Assembly (NCBI RefSeq): GCF_001194135.2
Contig: NC_068988.1
Location: forward strand, 31,287,076-31,351,075
Length of the DNA stretch: 64,000 nucleotides
Direction: 5' to 3'
From: Octopus bimaculoides
Taxonomy: Eukaryota
The notes under the pieces were generated by a model. That model was given only the letters and a program-made list of their open reading frames with translations. It was not told where the DNA came from and did not search any database. This document shows, one piece after another, positions 12,683-24,012 of the stretch (positions are counted from its first letter, which is position 1; each line of letters starts with the position of its first letter). The position numbers were made by a program, and so were the translations under genes.

Positions 12683-12980
12683 TCCTTCAATAAATATCCT
12701 ACCTAGAAGGAAACTTTTATATTTTCCTTCTAGATCCCATCGACGATCTAGAGGTTAAGTAAACAACCCATCCAGATCGTGGGAAGTAGGACTTTAGTTC
12801 TTCTTCCATCGATCTCATCACATTTTCTGAAAAGAACTGGTAACTATATGGATCACGATTGCCATCAGACATTCTAACACCCAATTCTGTGGTGCGTTAT
12901 TGATATTCTCCTAGTATTTGTCATCCATATCGGTACTTCATTTCCTATACAGTCAATAAGAAAGTTTTTTTGATATATAA

Positions 12981-13378
12981 GCGCAGGAGTGGCTGTGTGG
13001 TAAGTAGCTTGCTTACCAACCACATGGTTCCGGGTTCAGTCCCACTGCGTGGCACCTTGGATGAGTGTCTTCTACTATAGCCTCGGGCCGACCAAAGCCT
13101 TGTGAGTGGATTTGGTAGACGGAAACTGAAAGAAGCCCGTCGTATATATGTATATGTGTGTGTTTGTGTGTCTGTGTTTGTCCCCCCAACATCGCTTGAC
13201 AACCGATGCTGTTGTGTTTACGTCCCCGTAACCTGGCGGTTCGGCAAAAGAGACCGATAGAATAAGTACTAGGCTTACAAAGAATAAGTCTTGGGGTCGA
13301 TTTGCTCGACTAAAGTCGGTACTCCAGCATGGCCGCAGTCAAATTACTGAAACAAGTAAAAGAGTTAAAAGAGTATAA
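12981..13378 (+). mobile_element. SINE family C (tRNA-derived, CORE-like middle), full length with TSD
   Basis: A-box TGGCTGTGTGGT, B-box GGGTTCAGTCCC, internal (TA)/(TG) tract, AAAAGAG tail; ATATATAA duplicated at 12973-12980 and 13379-13386. Confidence 0.92.
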
Positions 13379-14513
13379 ATATATAACTGCATGTCGGTGG
13401 AAGTTTAAAACCAGAATCTGTGAGTAATATCGGGTTCAGGGGCTTCCAAGTTGAAATCTTTTGAACAATCTATACTTTCTCCAGTGTTATAATCTCTTCT
13501 CTTGATTTGTTTTCCCATTACACCTTAATCTAAAGTAACCAATCCGTTCCCTATTGTGTTGGATCTCCTTTCACTAAATATCTCATCAAAAGTTCTTTGC
13601 TACTTCAGCATATCATATTTCATTCTCCTGATGTTCATTCTCATTGTTCAGCTGTTGTTAAAATTTCCTTTATTTGTTTGTAAACAGTCTGTTCTGCTGA
13701 TACTGATTTATTTGTTTTTGTTTATACCTAGTATTTTACCTGTATTTGCTTTAACTTAGTGTCTTATCTTTTTTTCTCAACAACCTCTAATCCTCAGTGT
13801 TTGATGTTATACTTTCTCTGATATTCGACGTTACTATGTCTTTCCTTCAGCAACTTGTTTTCAGTTAATGTGTTTCTTTTTCTAAGATCGTTTTTGAGCT
13901 GCTTGACTTGATTCTCAAGTCTCTTTTCCCTCAATAATTCTTTGATTCCTTTTCTACTCTACTTATATCTCCCAAAATCTCTGCAATTGAGGTTGTACTC
14001 TATATAAAGTCATTTACACCTGTTATTTTCTCAACATTGATTTTTTCACTTATAGTTTATCCAGCGTATTTAACTGATTTTCGTAGCTTTTCACTTTCAT
14101 TTCCCTTCAAAGCTGGTAATCTCCTTCAGACTTCACTTCATGTCTCAATCAAACTTGAAATAAGCTTTTCTCCCCTTCTTTAAAATCTTTTCTCTCACTC
14201 TCTCTCTCACTATGAACTTTTTCTCTTGATCATTAAATGGTCTTCTCCTAATTTTTTGTTTAATTTCCTCCTTCGATGTAAACATATTCTTCATTTGCCA
14301 TTGTTTTGACAATTTACTCCTGTTCTGACTGAGATAAATATTGCTTTCACTTTATCTATTTATTTTTTAATTTAGAAGACTTTGTTTTCCAACTGAAAGC
14401 TCATTTTTCTGTATTCTATTTTGGAAATTCATTTCTGTAATAGCATTCTCCGGTGATTCTGTAGTTATTCTGTGATCGTCTTTTAGCACATGCAACAAAA
14501 CTTGAGTAACAAC

Positions 14514-14722
14514 AAGGTCCATCTCGCTGTACAGAATTATTAGTGCACCGGGGAAAATGCTTAGCGGCATTTCGCCCGCCTTTACGTTCTGAGTTCAAAT
14601 TCTGTCGAGCTTGATTTTCACTTTCATCTTTTCGAGGTCGTTAAAATAAGTACCAGTCGAACACTGGCGTCGATGTAATCGATTTACTCCTTGCCTCGAA
14701 CTTGCTGGCTTTGTGCCAAAAT
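14514..14722 (+). mobile_element. SINE family A
   Basis: Head, B-box-like GAGTTCAAATTC and tail GCTGGCTTTGTGCCAAAATT. Confidence 0.85.
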
Positions 14723-14822
14723 TCTTCTTCTTCTTCTTCTTCTTCTTCTTCTTCTTCTTCTTCTTCTTCTTCTTCTTCTTCTTCTTCTTCTTCTTCTTCT
14801 TCTCATTATTATTATTATTATT
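14722..14822. repeat. (TTC)n then (ATT)n
   Basis: Direct reading. Confidence 0.98.
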
Positions 14823-16212
14823 GCCTTTGCACAGTCTCTAACGCTGGAGATGTACTACAGTGTCAACTGTTCACTACCAGTGAACAAATATAACACTTCT
14901 TATTTTTCGAACACCTTCCGGAATATTCGAGCGGTTCCAAGCAGTGCTGTTTCCTGCAAGTGCTCCACCCTTATTGCAGCCCCTATTTGTTCCAAGTAAT
15001 TCTAGAGATTTTTGCTCATTGTTCCCAGGGCTCCGACAATTATTGGTACTACTGCTACCTTTTTCCTCGACCACAACTGCTTAACTTCCCAAGCTAACCT
15101 GTCATATCTCTCGACTTTTCTTTCTTCCTTATCGCATACTTTGCTGTTAACTGGGCATGCTATGTCTATGATCCAGCATAGTTTGTTTTCTTCCTCAATT
15201 AAGACTATGTCCGGCTTCCTATTCACTATCTCATCGTCGCACTGAATCATAAAATCCCATAGGATCTTTGCAATTCTATGTTCGACAATGCCTTCAGGTT
15301 TGTGGTCGTACCAATGTTTTGCAGAGTGTCCAATGGACAAGCCTGGCTATATTGTCGTAGCGTCTCTTATATTCCTTCTGGGCCAGTGGCGTACATTGGT
15401 TGGTAATATGCCATACGATTTCACCGTTTTGTCCACAGATTCTGCACTTATCACTTTCTGCCGTGTTGTCCTGTATTTTATGTAGTTTGTTCTTAGTGCT
15501 TGCTCTTGGGAAGAACAGATTAGATCCTCCGTTTCCGGTTTTAAATCACCTTTAATCATCCACAGCCATCTATTTTCTGTTTGTCTTATCTTCAACACCT
15601 CTATGAAATTAACCATGCATTCATTTCTTTACCCACATATTTTCAGTTTCAGTCGTTTTCAATTTCTTGTATAGTGCGTTGTCTTTGCAATCTTTAATCC
15701 TACACAAGCCTGACCTTCCTACTTCTAATAATAGCGGTTCTGTGACATTGTTTACATACCATGCTACGTTGTTTTCTTCTGCTCTAATGCTGTGTTCGCA
15801 TCCAATAATTTCTCTTCCTCCACCTTTTCTTGGTACATACAATCTGTCTGTGTCACGTTTTGGGTGGAGTGACCCATATCTAGTTAGCAACTTCCTTGTC
15901 TTTCTGTCTAAGCTGTTTAGTTCGTCTACTGTCCATGCGATTACCCCTGCTCCATATCTAAGGAGTGAAACCGCCCAGGTGTTGATAGCTTCGATCTTAT
16001 TCCGTCCGTTTAATTTCGACTTAAGGATCAGTCTCAGTCTACGCAAGTACTCCACCTTAAATTTTTCTGTCATTTCTTTCTCCATCAATTTATCCATTTC
16101 CAAAATCCCCAAGTACTTATAGCCCGTCTCTTCTATCTGCTTCATAACCTCCCCCGACGGTATCGTTAGTCCGTCCATACATTTGCCTCTCTTCAATACT
16201 AGCACATCACAC

Positions 16213-16213
<1 letters not shown>
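14823..16213 (-). mobile_element. R4/Dong-like RLE LINE, 5'-truncated (copy 3)
   Basis: ORFs 15621-16280, 15347-15616 and 15002-15340: GYKYLGILE, KIEAINTWAVSLLRYGAGVI, DRLYVPRKGGGR, LKPETEDLICSSQEQALRTNYIK, CRICGQNGEIVWHITNQC, KPDIVLI..IIDIACP..KVERY, VVPIIVGALG; (ATT)n on both plus-strand flanks. Confidence 0.95.

Positions 16214-16275
<62 letters not shown>
16214..16275. repeat. (ATT)n at the 5' junction of Dong copy 3
   Basis: Direct reading. Confidence 0.98.
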
Positions 16276-16519
16276 TCCATTAGCGTATTTTTTCAATTCT
16301 GTTTCCNNNNNNNNNNCCCCCCACCCCCCACCCACAACCACCACTACCCCAACCAAATCCACCAACGCACTCTCACCAAATGTAGATCCCAAAAGAAAGC
16401 TCACGGTTACGAATACGAAAACACCGACTTACGTGCTCGTGAGGAGTGCCAACAAATTTTGTAGGCTCTCATAGCCAGAAACAAGGAGATTGAGAGAGAG
16501 AGAGAGGGTGCAATTTACG

Positions 16520-17067
16520 ACACCAGCATCCTTAGGGTTCCGGATCACTCAGTGCTAAATCAGCTACCACTCAAACCATACAAAGAAATTCAGAAGGATT
16601 TCCCGCATGAGAGATTTCCTGCCTGGTGGCTATAGTGAAGGAGGTAGTGTGGTAGACGAGGCTGAAAGGACTGTAGACAGACACTTTCCTCTTCGACCGA
16701 CCCTTCATCGACTCTTTCAAGCTTCACTTGAAAAGGCAATTTTGTTGAAAGGTGGTTGAATGATGCGAAAATGGCTCATGGGAATGGATTTCCTCTGAAT
16801 ACCCGTCTGTAAGACGAAGCAGTTGAGGAGAACAGGGGTGCCTATACAGTGTGCCCTTGGCAGCCGGGGTGATCAGGACGTATGGTGTGCCCTGGTTAGC
16901 ATTGGGTGGAACTTCCCCTACTGGGGAATTTTGTTCCTTAACTTTTTTGTTAACTGTTTTTGTTTTTTTATTGTTTACACGTTTTCTGCTTTAAACCCCA
17001 CTTGTCCCTTGTTTTGTATGGTCCCTATATGTTTTAGTTTTCGGCCTTTGTGGACAATAAAGAAAGA
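16520..17067 (+). mobile_element. Tx1/L1-clade LINE 3' end (ORF2 C-terminus and 3'UTR)
   Basis: From 16620: CLVAIVKEVVW*TRLKGL*TDTFLFDRPFIDSFKLHLKR, similar to Tx1 ORF2 C-termini; T-rich 3'UTR, AATAAA at 17056-17061, then (ATT)n at 17068-17128. Confidence 0.6.
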
Positions 17068-17121
<54 letters not shown>

Positions 17122-17132
17122 GTTATTATGAT

Positions 17133-17347
17133 GAGGCAGCGAGCTGGCAGAATCGTTAGCATGTTGGACAAAATGCTTAGCGGTATTTCGCCCGTCGCTA
17201 CGTTCTAAGTTCAAATTTTGCCGAGGTCGTCTTTGTCTTTCATGCTTTCGAGGTCGATAAATAAAGTACCAGCGAAACACTGGAGTCGATATAATCGACT
17301 TAAACTCTGCTCCAAAATGGCTGCCCTTGTGACAAAATTTGAAAACA
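17133..17347 (+). mobile_element. SINE family A, full length
   Basis: GGCAGCGAGCTGGCAGAATCGTTAGC head through AAAATTTGAAAAC tail, embedded in (ATT)n/(ATC)n. Confidence 0.92.
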
Positions 17348-17374
17348 TTATCATCATCATCATCATCATCATCA

Positions 17375-17405
<31 letters not shown>

Positions 17406-17408
17406 AAT

Positions 17409-17615
17409 AAGGAAGCCAGATGGCAGAATCATTAGCACGCCGGGCTAAATGGTTAGTGGTATTTCGTCTGGAACTACGTTCTGAGTTCAAATTCCGCCGA
17501 GGACGACTTTGCCTTTCATCCTTTCGGGATCGATAAATTAGGTACCAGTGAAACACTTGGGTCGGTGTAATCGATTAGTCCCCTCCCTCAAAATGTGTGC
17601 CTTTCGTAGAAAGGA
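17409..17615 (+). mobile_element. SINE family A, full length (type-2 tail)
   Basis: Same head and body; tail GTGCCTTTCGTAGAAAGGATTATT. Confidence 0.9.
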
Positions 17616-17629
17616 TTATTATCATCGTT

Positions 17630-17733
17630 GGAATTTGAACTCGGCGGAATATAAACATATTACGTAGTGACGGGCGAAATGCCGTTAAGCATTTCGGCCA
17701 GCGTGCTAAGAATTCTGTCAGCTTGCCGCGTTA
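17630..17733 (-). mobile_element. SINE family A 5' half
   Basis: Reverse-complement head, inverted relative to 17409-17615. Confidence 0.8.
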
Positions 17734-17766
17734 ATAATAATAATAATGATAATAATAACAATAATA

Positions 17767-17947
17767 GTTTTAAATTTTTCCATAGACGCAGCAATTTACA
17801 TCGACCCCCTCAGTTCAACTGGTACTTATTTTAGCAACCCCGAAAGGATGAAAAGTGGCAGCATTTGAACTCAGAAAGTAGCGACGGACGAAATACTGCT
17901 AAGCATTTCGTTCAGCACTCTAACGATTCTGCCAGTTCGCCGCCTTA
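17767..17947 (-). mobile_element. SINE family A with internal deletions
   Basis: Reverse-complement head and body motifs. Confidence 0.85.
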
Positions 17948-17979
17948 ATAATAATAAGAAGAGTAAGAATAAGAATAAG

Positions 17980-18432
17980 AATGTTATCTGATTTTACAGT
18001 TATCCTCTGAGTTGATTATGAGTTCGGTGGATAGTTTTTGGGGGCCTATGAATGTAGCCAATTTTATAGCTAAAATGCAAGTAGTTGTGTGGTGGAAGGG
18101 ATTCAAAGCAATGCAGACTGACACTTTCCTTTTAGGTCAAAAACGCATCAAATATCATTGTGATAAGAAGATGGAAATGGAGAATGTGTTGCCCCCAAGC
18201 AAGTTTTCTTAAAAGTCGTTGAGAATAGCAAATATAGTTCTAGTGAATGTATTTTTATTTCGTTATGTCTGGCAGATGTGATTCATTAATCACAAGTGCA
18301 AATTATTATCTGACAGGTTTTTCATTAGTTGGCAATGTAGACTTCCTCTAACATCTGCCGGACAAAGAATTAATCAAGCATTTTAATTCGGGAATATAAC
18401 TCTTTCATTGAAGTTTAGACATCAAATAAGTT
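17980..18432 (+). repeat. Diverged direct repeat, copy 1
   Basis: Aligns by eye with 20716-21095 plus 21872-21925 (e.g. TTTTAGGTCAAAAACGCATCAA, CCCCAAGCAAGTTTTCT, AAATATAGTTCTAGTGAATG, TTTTAATTCGGGAATATAAC). Confidence 0.92.
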
Positions 18433-18439
18433 ACCATGC

Positions 18440-18955
18440 ATCCCGAAAGGATGCAGGGACGGCAGCTCGGAAAACTCATTTTGATTGTTTTGATAAGAAA
18501 AGAGCACCTGCATTTGTTGGTGAAATCCAGGCAATGATTGATAACTGCCCCTCACAGTCAAACAAGTCCATCGCCAGGGATATGGGGGTGTCTGAGTTTC
18601 TTATCTGGCAGGTAGTACATCGAGACATTCGGAATTCCTCATACAAGATGAGAAAGGGCCAATTTTTATCCCAAGTCATCATAGACAAGAGGAAAGACCG
18701 CTCTACGAAGCTTTTGAACAAAATCAAGCATCCCCTTCAACCGAACATGCTTTGGTTCTTAGGCGAGAAAAAATTCTGCCAAGATCAGATGCTGAATACA
18801 CAGAGCAACCCTTGGCTTGCTGTGTCCACAAAACATGTACAGAGAGTGATAAATATCAAACATCCAGTCAGCATCATGGTGTTTAGAGTGACCACTAGTG
18901 ATGGCGACGTTCTGCCTCCATTCATCTTCCCACGTGGCCTCACACTCAACAAGTT
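18440..18955 (+). mobile_element. Tc1/mariner superfamily transposase fragment (maT/DD37D-like)
   Basis: ORF 18408-18989: SIARDMGVSEFLI (HTH), LWFLGEKKFCQDQ (FSDEK region), KHPVSIMVFRVTTSDGDVLPPFIFP. Confidence 0.8.
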
Positions 18956-19017
18956 GCCTCCCCAAGCAACTCATGTGGGCAAAATTTGAAATAATAATAA
19001 TAATAATTATTATTATT

Positions 19018-19232
19018 AAGGCAGTGAGCTGGCAGGATACTTAGTGCGCTGAACGAAATGCTTAGCGTTGTTTTGCCCGTCGCAATTTTCTGAGTTCAAA
19101 TTCCGTCGAGGTCGACGTTACGTTTCATCCTTTCAGGGTTGATAAAATAAGTACCAGTTGAAAACTGAGGTCGATGTAAACGACACAACTCCTCTCCCCA
19201 AATTGCTACCCTTGTGACGAAATTTGAAACCA
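19018..19232 (+). mobile_element. SINE family A, full length
   Basis: Head and tail motifs; an extra type-2 tail at 19262-19312. Confidence 0.88.
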
Positions 19233-19695
19233 TTATTATTATTTTCTATTATTTCCATCAGTCTCCTCCCCTAAAATTTCAGGCCTTGTGCCTTTGGTAG
19301 AAAGGGTTATAACTATTATCATTGAAGAATGCCCGTGGCCTATTAGTTTTGGTGTTGCACTCATAATCACTAGATCGTGGCTTCAAATCAAGGATGGAGC
19401 AGCGCGATATGTTCTTGAACAAATCACTTTACTTCACGTTGCTCTGCGATCGTTTCGTCATCTGACATGTGGCACACTTGTGCATCTGTACAGGCTGAGG
19501 AGGAAGTGGGTTAATATACAGCACATACATTTTCTCACTAAAGACAAATTATTTGTGTAGGTCGTTCCGCAAAAGCTAAACACTCATATGTTTGACGCGA
19601 GAGTCTATCATTATTATTATTAAGGCAATGGGCTGACAGAAAAGTTAACACTCCAAATAAGATGCTTAGTAGCATATCATACGGATTTATATACC

Positions 19696-19788
19696 TCAGC
19701 GGAATTTGAACACAGAATGTAGCGACGGGCGAAATACCACTAAGCATTTCGTCCAGCGTGCTGTCGAATCTGCCAGCTCGCCGCCTTA
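19696..19788 (-). mobile_element. SINE family A 5' half
   Basis: Reverse-complement head; a degraded plus-strand head lies at 19621-19680 and an isolated minus tail at 19808-19832. Confidence 0.8.
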
Positions 19789-19835
19789 ATATTAATAATA
19801 ATGATTATTATTTCAAATTTTTGCCACAAGGGTAG

Positions 19836-20419
19836 CCAGGCAGTGGCTCTCATGGCTTTTGATCTTAATCGATTGAAAGTGTTATCACGTACATTGTTTT
19901 GTCTTGGTATAAAAGATGGGCTACAGCAAATATTCTGCTCAATACCACAGATTTGCTTGTCAGTTGTTTGACCTNNNNNNNNNNATACCACAGATTTGCT
20001 TGTCAGTTGTTTGACCTTAACCAGTTGAGCATGTCCCTTGGTGGCTGACGATATGTGCATCTCTGATTATGAGCAGAAGTAGTAGGGGAGCATCATAGTC
20101 ATGAGTTGAGAGGAATTCTTTGGGATTTGAATAATTCACCTTTGGAAACATGGGTGTTTTGCTGAACATCCTTAAACAAACCGTATTCAGGGACCATTTG
20201 AGCGGGATGGGCTACTCGACCTGAAGAAAATTCTAACTGGGACCCCACCTTCAAAGTCATGCGCTGTTTATCTTGATATGAGATCACCATGTCGCGCACA
20301 TATGGTTGTGATGCATGTGCGTGGTGTACCCTTATCAAACGGGTAGTCGTGATGGGTATAATGGGCTTCGTATATTTTACCCCGGTGTCACATTGATGGC
20401 ATGCTTTGCTCTCTCACTC
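19836..20419 (+). mobile_element. Unclassified ORF-less element (family B) ending in (AAT)n
   Basis: Complex, less AT-rich sequence ending abruptly at CTCTCACTC|AATAAT; resembles a common octopus interspersed repeat from memory, but is single copy here. Confidence 0.5.
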
Positions 20420-20452
<33 letters not shown>

Positions 20453-20667
20453 CTTTTCAACTATAGGCACAAGGCCTGAAATTTTGGCCGATTGAACTTG
20501 TCGATTACATCGATTCCAGTTTTTCACTGGTACTTAATTTACCGACCACGAAAGGATGAAAGGTAAAGTCGACCTCGTCGGAATTTGAACGTAGAACGTT
20601 ACGACTCGCGAAATACCGATAAGCACTTCGTCCAGCGCGCTAGCGATTCTGCCAGGTCATCGCCTTA
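20453..20667 (-). mobile_element. SINE family A, full length (type-2 tail)
   Basis: Reverse-complement head, body and tail, between (AAT)n tracts. Confidence 0.88.
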
Positions 20668-20715
20668 ATAATATTATTAATAATGATAATAATAACAATA
20701 ATAAGAATAATGACA

Positions 20716-21925
20716 ATGTTATCTAATTTCACAGCTATTTGCCGAGTCGATTGTGGATTCTACGGATATGTGTCGAGGCCAATGAATGTAGACAATTTTA
20801 CTCTATCTCATAGCTAAAACGCAAGTGGTTGTGTGGTGGACGGAATTCAAAGTAATGCCAACTGACGCTTTTAGGTCAAAAACGCATCAAGTTTTTCAAG
20901 TATCATTGTGATACAAAAATGAAAATGAAGAACCCTTTATCCCCAAGCAAGTTTTCTCAAAGGTCTTTGACAGTAGGAAATATAGTTCTAGTGAATGCGT
21001 TTTTACTTCATTGATGTCCGGCAGATGTGTTTCATTAATCACAAGTATAAATTACTATATGACAGGTTCCTTTAATATTTGCCGGACAAGAATTTTTACT
21101 TCAGTGTACGATTCCTTATCTCCATGCTAATCATGAAATTAGCTATGTTATGTTTAGACTGAATCATTCCGTTAGATTCTGGCATATTAAAACCTATTAA
21201 CCCCACCACATAATTATTTATACTTTGATTTTCAGAACTGCTCTCTTCAGAATTAAACATGCATTTTCAGCTCACCTCAGAACGTCTGGAGTACCGTCTC
21301 TGAGGAGGCCAGATAAAATCGAAAGATCCTGTATGGCGATGCACCAGCGTACGGTGCAAAGTCCTGTGATTTAAATGTGCAAGGTTCATGAGCTCCTTCT
21401 CCGAAGCAGCTACAGCTGTTCTACGTTTATATACATATCATAAATTTTATACACACTGATTTGTTATTCCAAGACCGTTTCATGTGCGTATCCTCAGTTA
21501 AGTATTGTATTGTTTTGGCTACTACTTAGTAGTTAGTAGCAAGTCGACCTATAGTTGCTTAGGAGTGATTACAGCTTATTCATTAATTTCACAGAAGAAT
21601 CCGATAGAGGAGAATATAATAACATACTTTCTTTTAATATAGTAAGATTGTAACAAAATCACACATTTAACATCACATCACAGTTTTGTTCGCTAGATGT
21701 TGTTTGGTACAACTACGAACTGCTTGCTTTATAATCCGTATTCTCAATTTTGTTTGTTACTATCACCTCTTATACAGTAGACTCTCAGATGCAATGCGTA
21801 TGTCTATGTGCATTTATGTATTTATTATTTGTTTTATTATTGCGGTTTTCCTCTATTGAGAAAGAGACAGTTTTTAATTCGGGAATATAACACTTTCATT
21901 GCAGCTTTGACGTCAACTAGTAATT
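20716..21925 (+). repeat. Diverged direct repeat, copy 2, with ~780 bp extra internal sequence
   Basis: 20716-21095 and 21872-21925 match copy 1; 21096-21871 is absent from copy 1. Confidence 0.9.
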
Positions 21926-23660
21926 ATTGAAAGTAGCAGTGTCTTTTCTGTTATATATATGTGTTTGTATGTTTATAATTTTGTATGTATATATATTGTA
22001 AGTAGAGTAGAAGTTCGAACAAATATGCATGACCTTCATTCAGCTAATCTCTTACTTGGTTAAATGCACTCATCATTAGGTGTATATTGATTATATAATA
22101 TATTTTGTTGCGTAGAATATTTACCCCCGCAACCAAAATAACAAATATATTTCTACCTTTATTAAAAATAGGTACCAAAACCGCTCATCACCCACGAAAT
22201 CGATCATCATTCTAACAACACAATTTCTATAATATAATTCTTAGCTATTAGATCTTTTCCAAAGTGCACCCGAAGCGTATACGAAATCTCTTTGAAAAGT
22301 AGTATTCTCATAATTTATGCATAACGTTCTCTACGTTTTAGTATTTCTCCAATATCATTGAAAACTTCTTGTACAAAACAAAATTCGATATATGAATATG
22401 CTGTTAAACTATATCTAACAGAGCACTTAATTAAGAAAATGCCTCAAGAATAATGTTCTCCCTCTCTTTTCATCTCTCGCACATATCCAATTTTCCCTTT
22501 GTTAAAGATCTTAAAAATTCATTGATCTGGTTGCATTACAAACTGCACTAATTATGCATATGCTTATCAGCGAACAAATTCCACCTGAAATACAAGCTAT
22601 TTTCCCATTCGCATATACTGACTCTTTTCGTAATATACGAAACACTAAATATTGAATATATGTCATCTCCACAAGACATTACTCATATAAAACTGTAACC
22701 AGTAACTGTAATTAGTGCATTGCATTATTCTTTTTCTAGGCTTGATTCGGTCATAAGACTGTGGTCATTTTGGGCTACAGGTTATAATAGATTATACCAA
22801 CACCAATTCTTATTTTATCCATTTCAGAAATATGGGAAGCTGGGTGAAATTTGAACACTGAACATAGATTTTATAAAAATCTGAATCTATGGATTTGCTT
22901 GTCCATTCTCCAAATTCATTGTTTTGTCGTATATTTTTACAATCACGGTTGTGTCAACGAAGACAGAGACTCTGGTTTCAATTGTTCTATGCAGATATGT
23001 ATAAATCTCTCTGATGCATTGTAAAAAATAAAATTATAATTCATAAATGACAAGTTATTTTAGTGAACGTCAAAATTATGAAAAAATATCGAGCAAGATG
23101 TACTAACACCTAAATCTAACTGGACGTTAGCAAATATAATTAGATCTAAACACTTGATCTTAGAAGAAGGCGATGGAGAGGAAAAATGATATATTGCATG
23201 TGAAATGTCTATTGGTATTTACTTTTCTTAATTTATATTTTTAGAGAAATTTCTGTCGAGTAATATTTTCTTATCACTGTGCCAATGTAAGAAAACGTAT
23301 TAGCGCATGGAACAATAATAGATAGGTTTTATTTTATGCCTGGTCAAGTACGGCTTTCTATTTGCGTTTCGGAGTAAGTGTGCAGATATGTTTGTATTTG
23401 ATATTGTCTGTCTGCATATGTGATTGTTCATACAGTTAGGAAAGTCAGTTGGATAATGTAACTCCGTTGTGTTAACCTTGCCACTTTTCTACTTATGCCA
23501 GATTCCATATTTCCGAATTGATCAGCATTCAATTGTTGTCCTCTTCTTCATTATTGTCCCTCATTCACCCATTTCTTCCTCTCATTCGTCGTGTTTTGAT
23601 CATTCGTTCACAAGACCTATCCTTGATTCTCCCCACTTCTCCCAACCTGATCCTCTATAT

Positions 23661-24012
23661 CAGTGATTACGAATCACATTTTTTGACCTATGGACCCCTT
23701 TCCTTACTACCTCACTCTAGTGGTAGTAAAGAAAATACTACTTCACTCTAGTGGACTCCCATTGTCAATCGATGTTTAAAAATTAGTTTTATAGATACTT
23801 CTTTCAAAATTCCTATTTCGCTTTCCACACATTAGCTTGTGTAGGTTGAACTATGTAAAACGTTAGATAAGGAAATTTAACTGTTTCTTGCTATAAATAT
23901 GTCTAAAGGAAATCTTTTTCATAGACCCTTAATATGCATGGGCCTCATCCTCACTCAGCCAACTCTTATATGGACCCCCAGGGGTATTACGGACTCCGGT
24001 TGAGAACCATTA
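23661..24012. mobile_element. hAT-type MITE with 8-bp TSD
   Basis: CTCTATAT at 23653-23660 and 24013-24020; ends CAGTGATTAC... and ...GGTTGAGAACCATTA (degenerate Charlie-like termini); subterminal TATGGACCCC motifs. Confidence 0.85.

Larger units (their letters stand above)
12330..14500 (-). mobile_element. Old R4/Dong-like LINE relic (N-terminus to RT core), interrupted
   Basis: Minus-strand broken frames give GECYYRNEF, INQYQQNRLF, ISTWKPLNP (NWKAPGPD-like), VPIWMTNTR, CFDSVV and QLGKVEI; interrupted by a SINE (12981-13378) and (CTA)n (12620-12681). Confidence 0.65.

Noticed and set aside
19942-20017. 33-bp direct repeat flanking a 10-N gap
   Set aside because: Identical sequence on both sides of a nominal gap indicates unmerged contig overlap, not a TSD.
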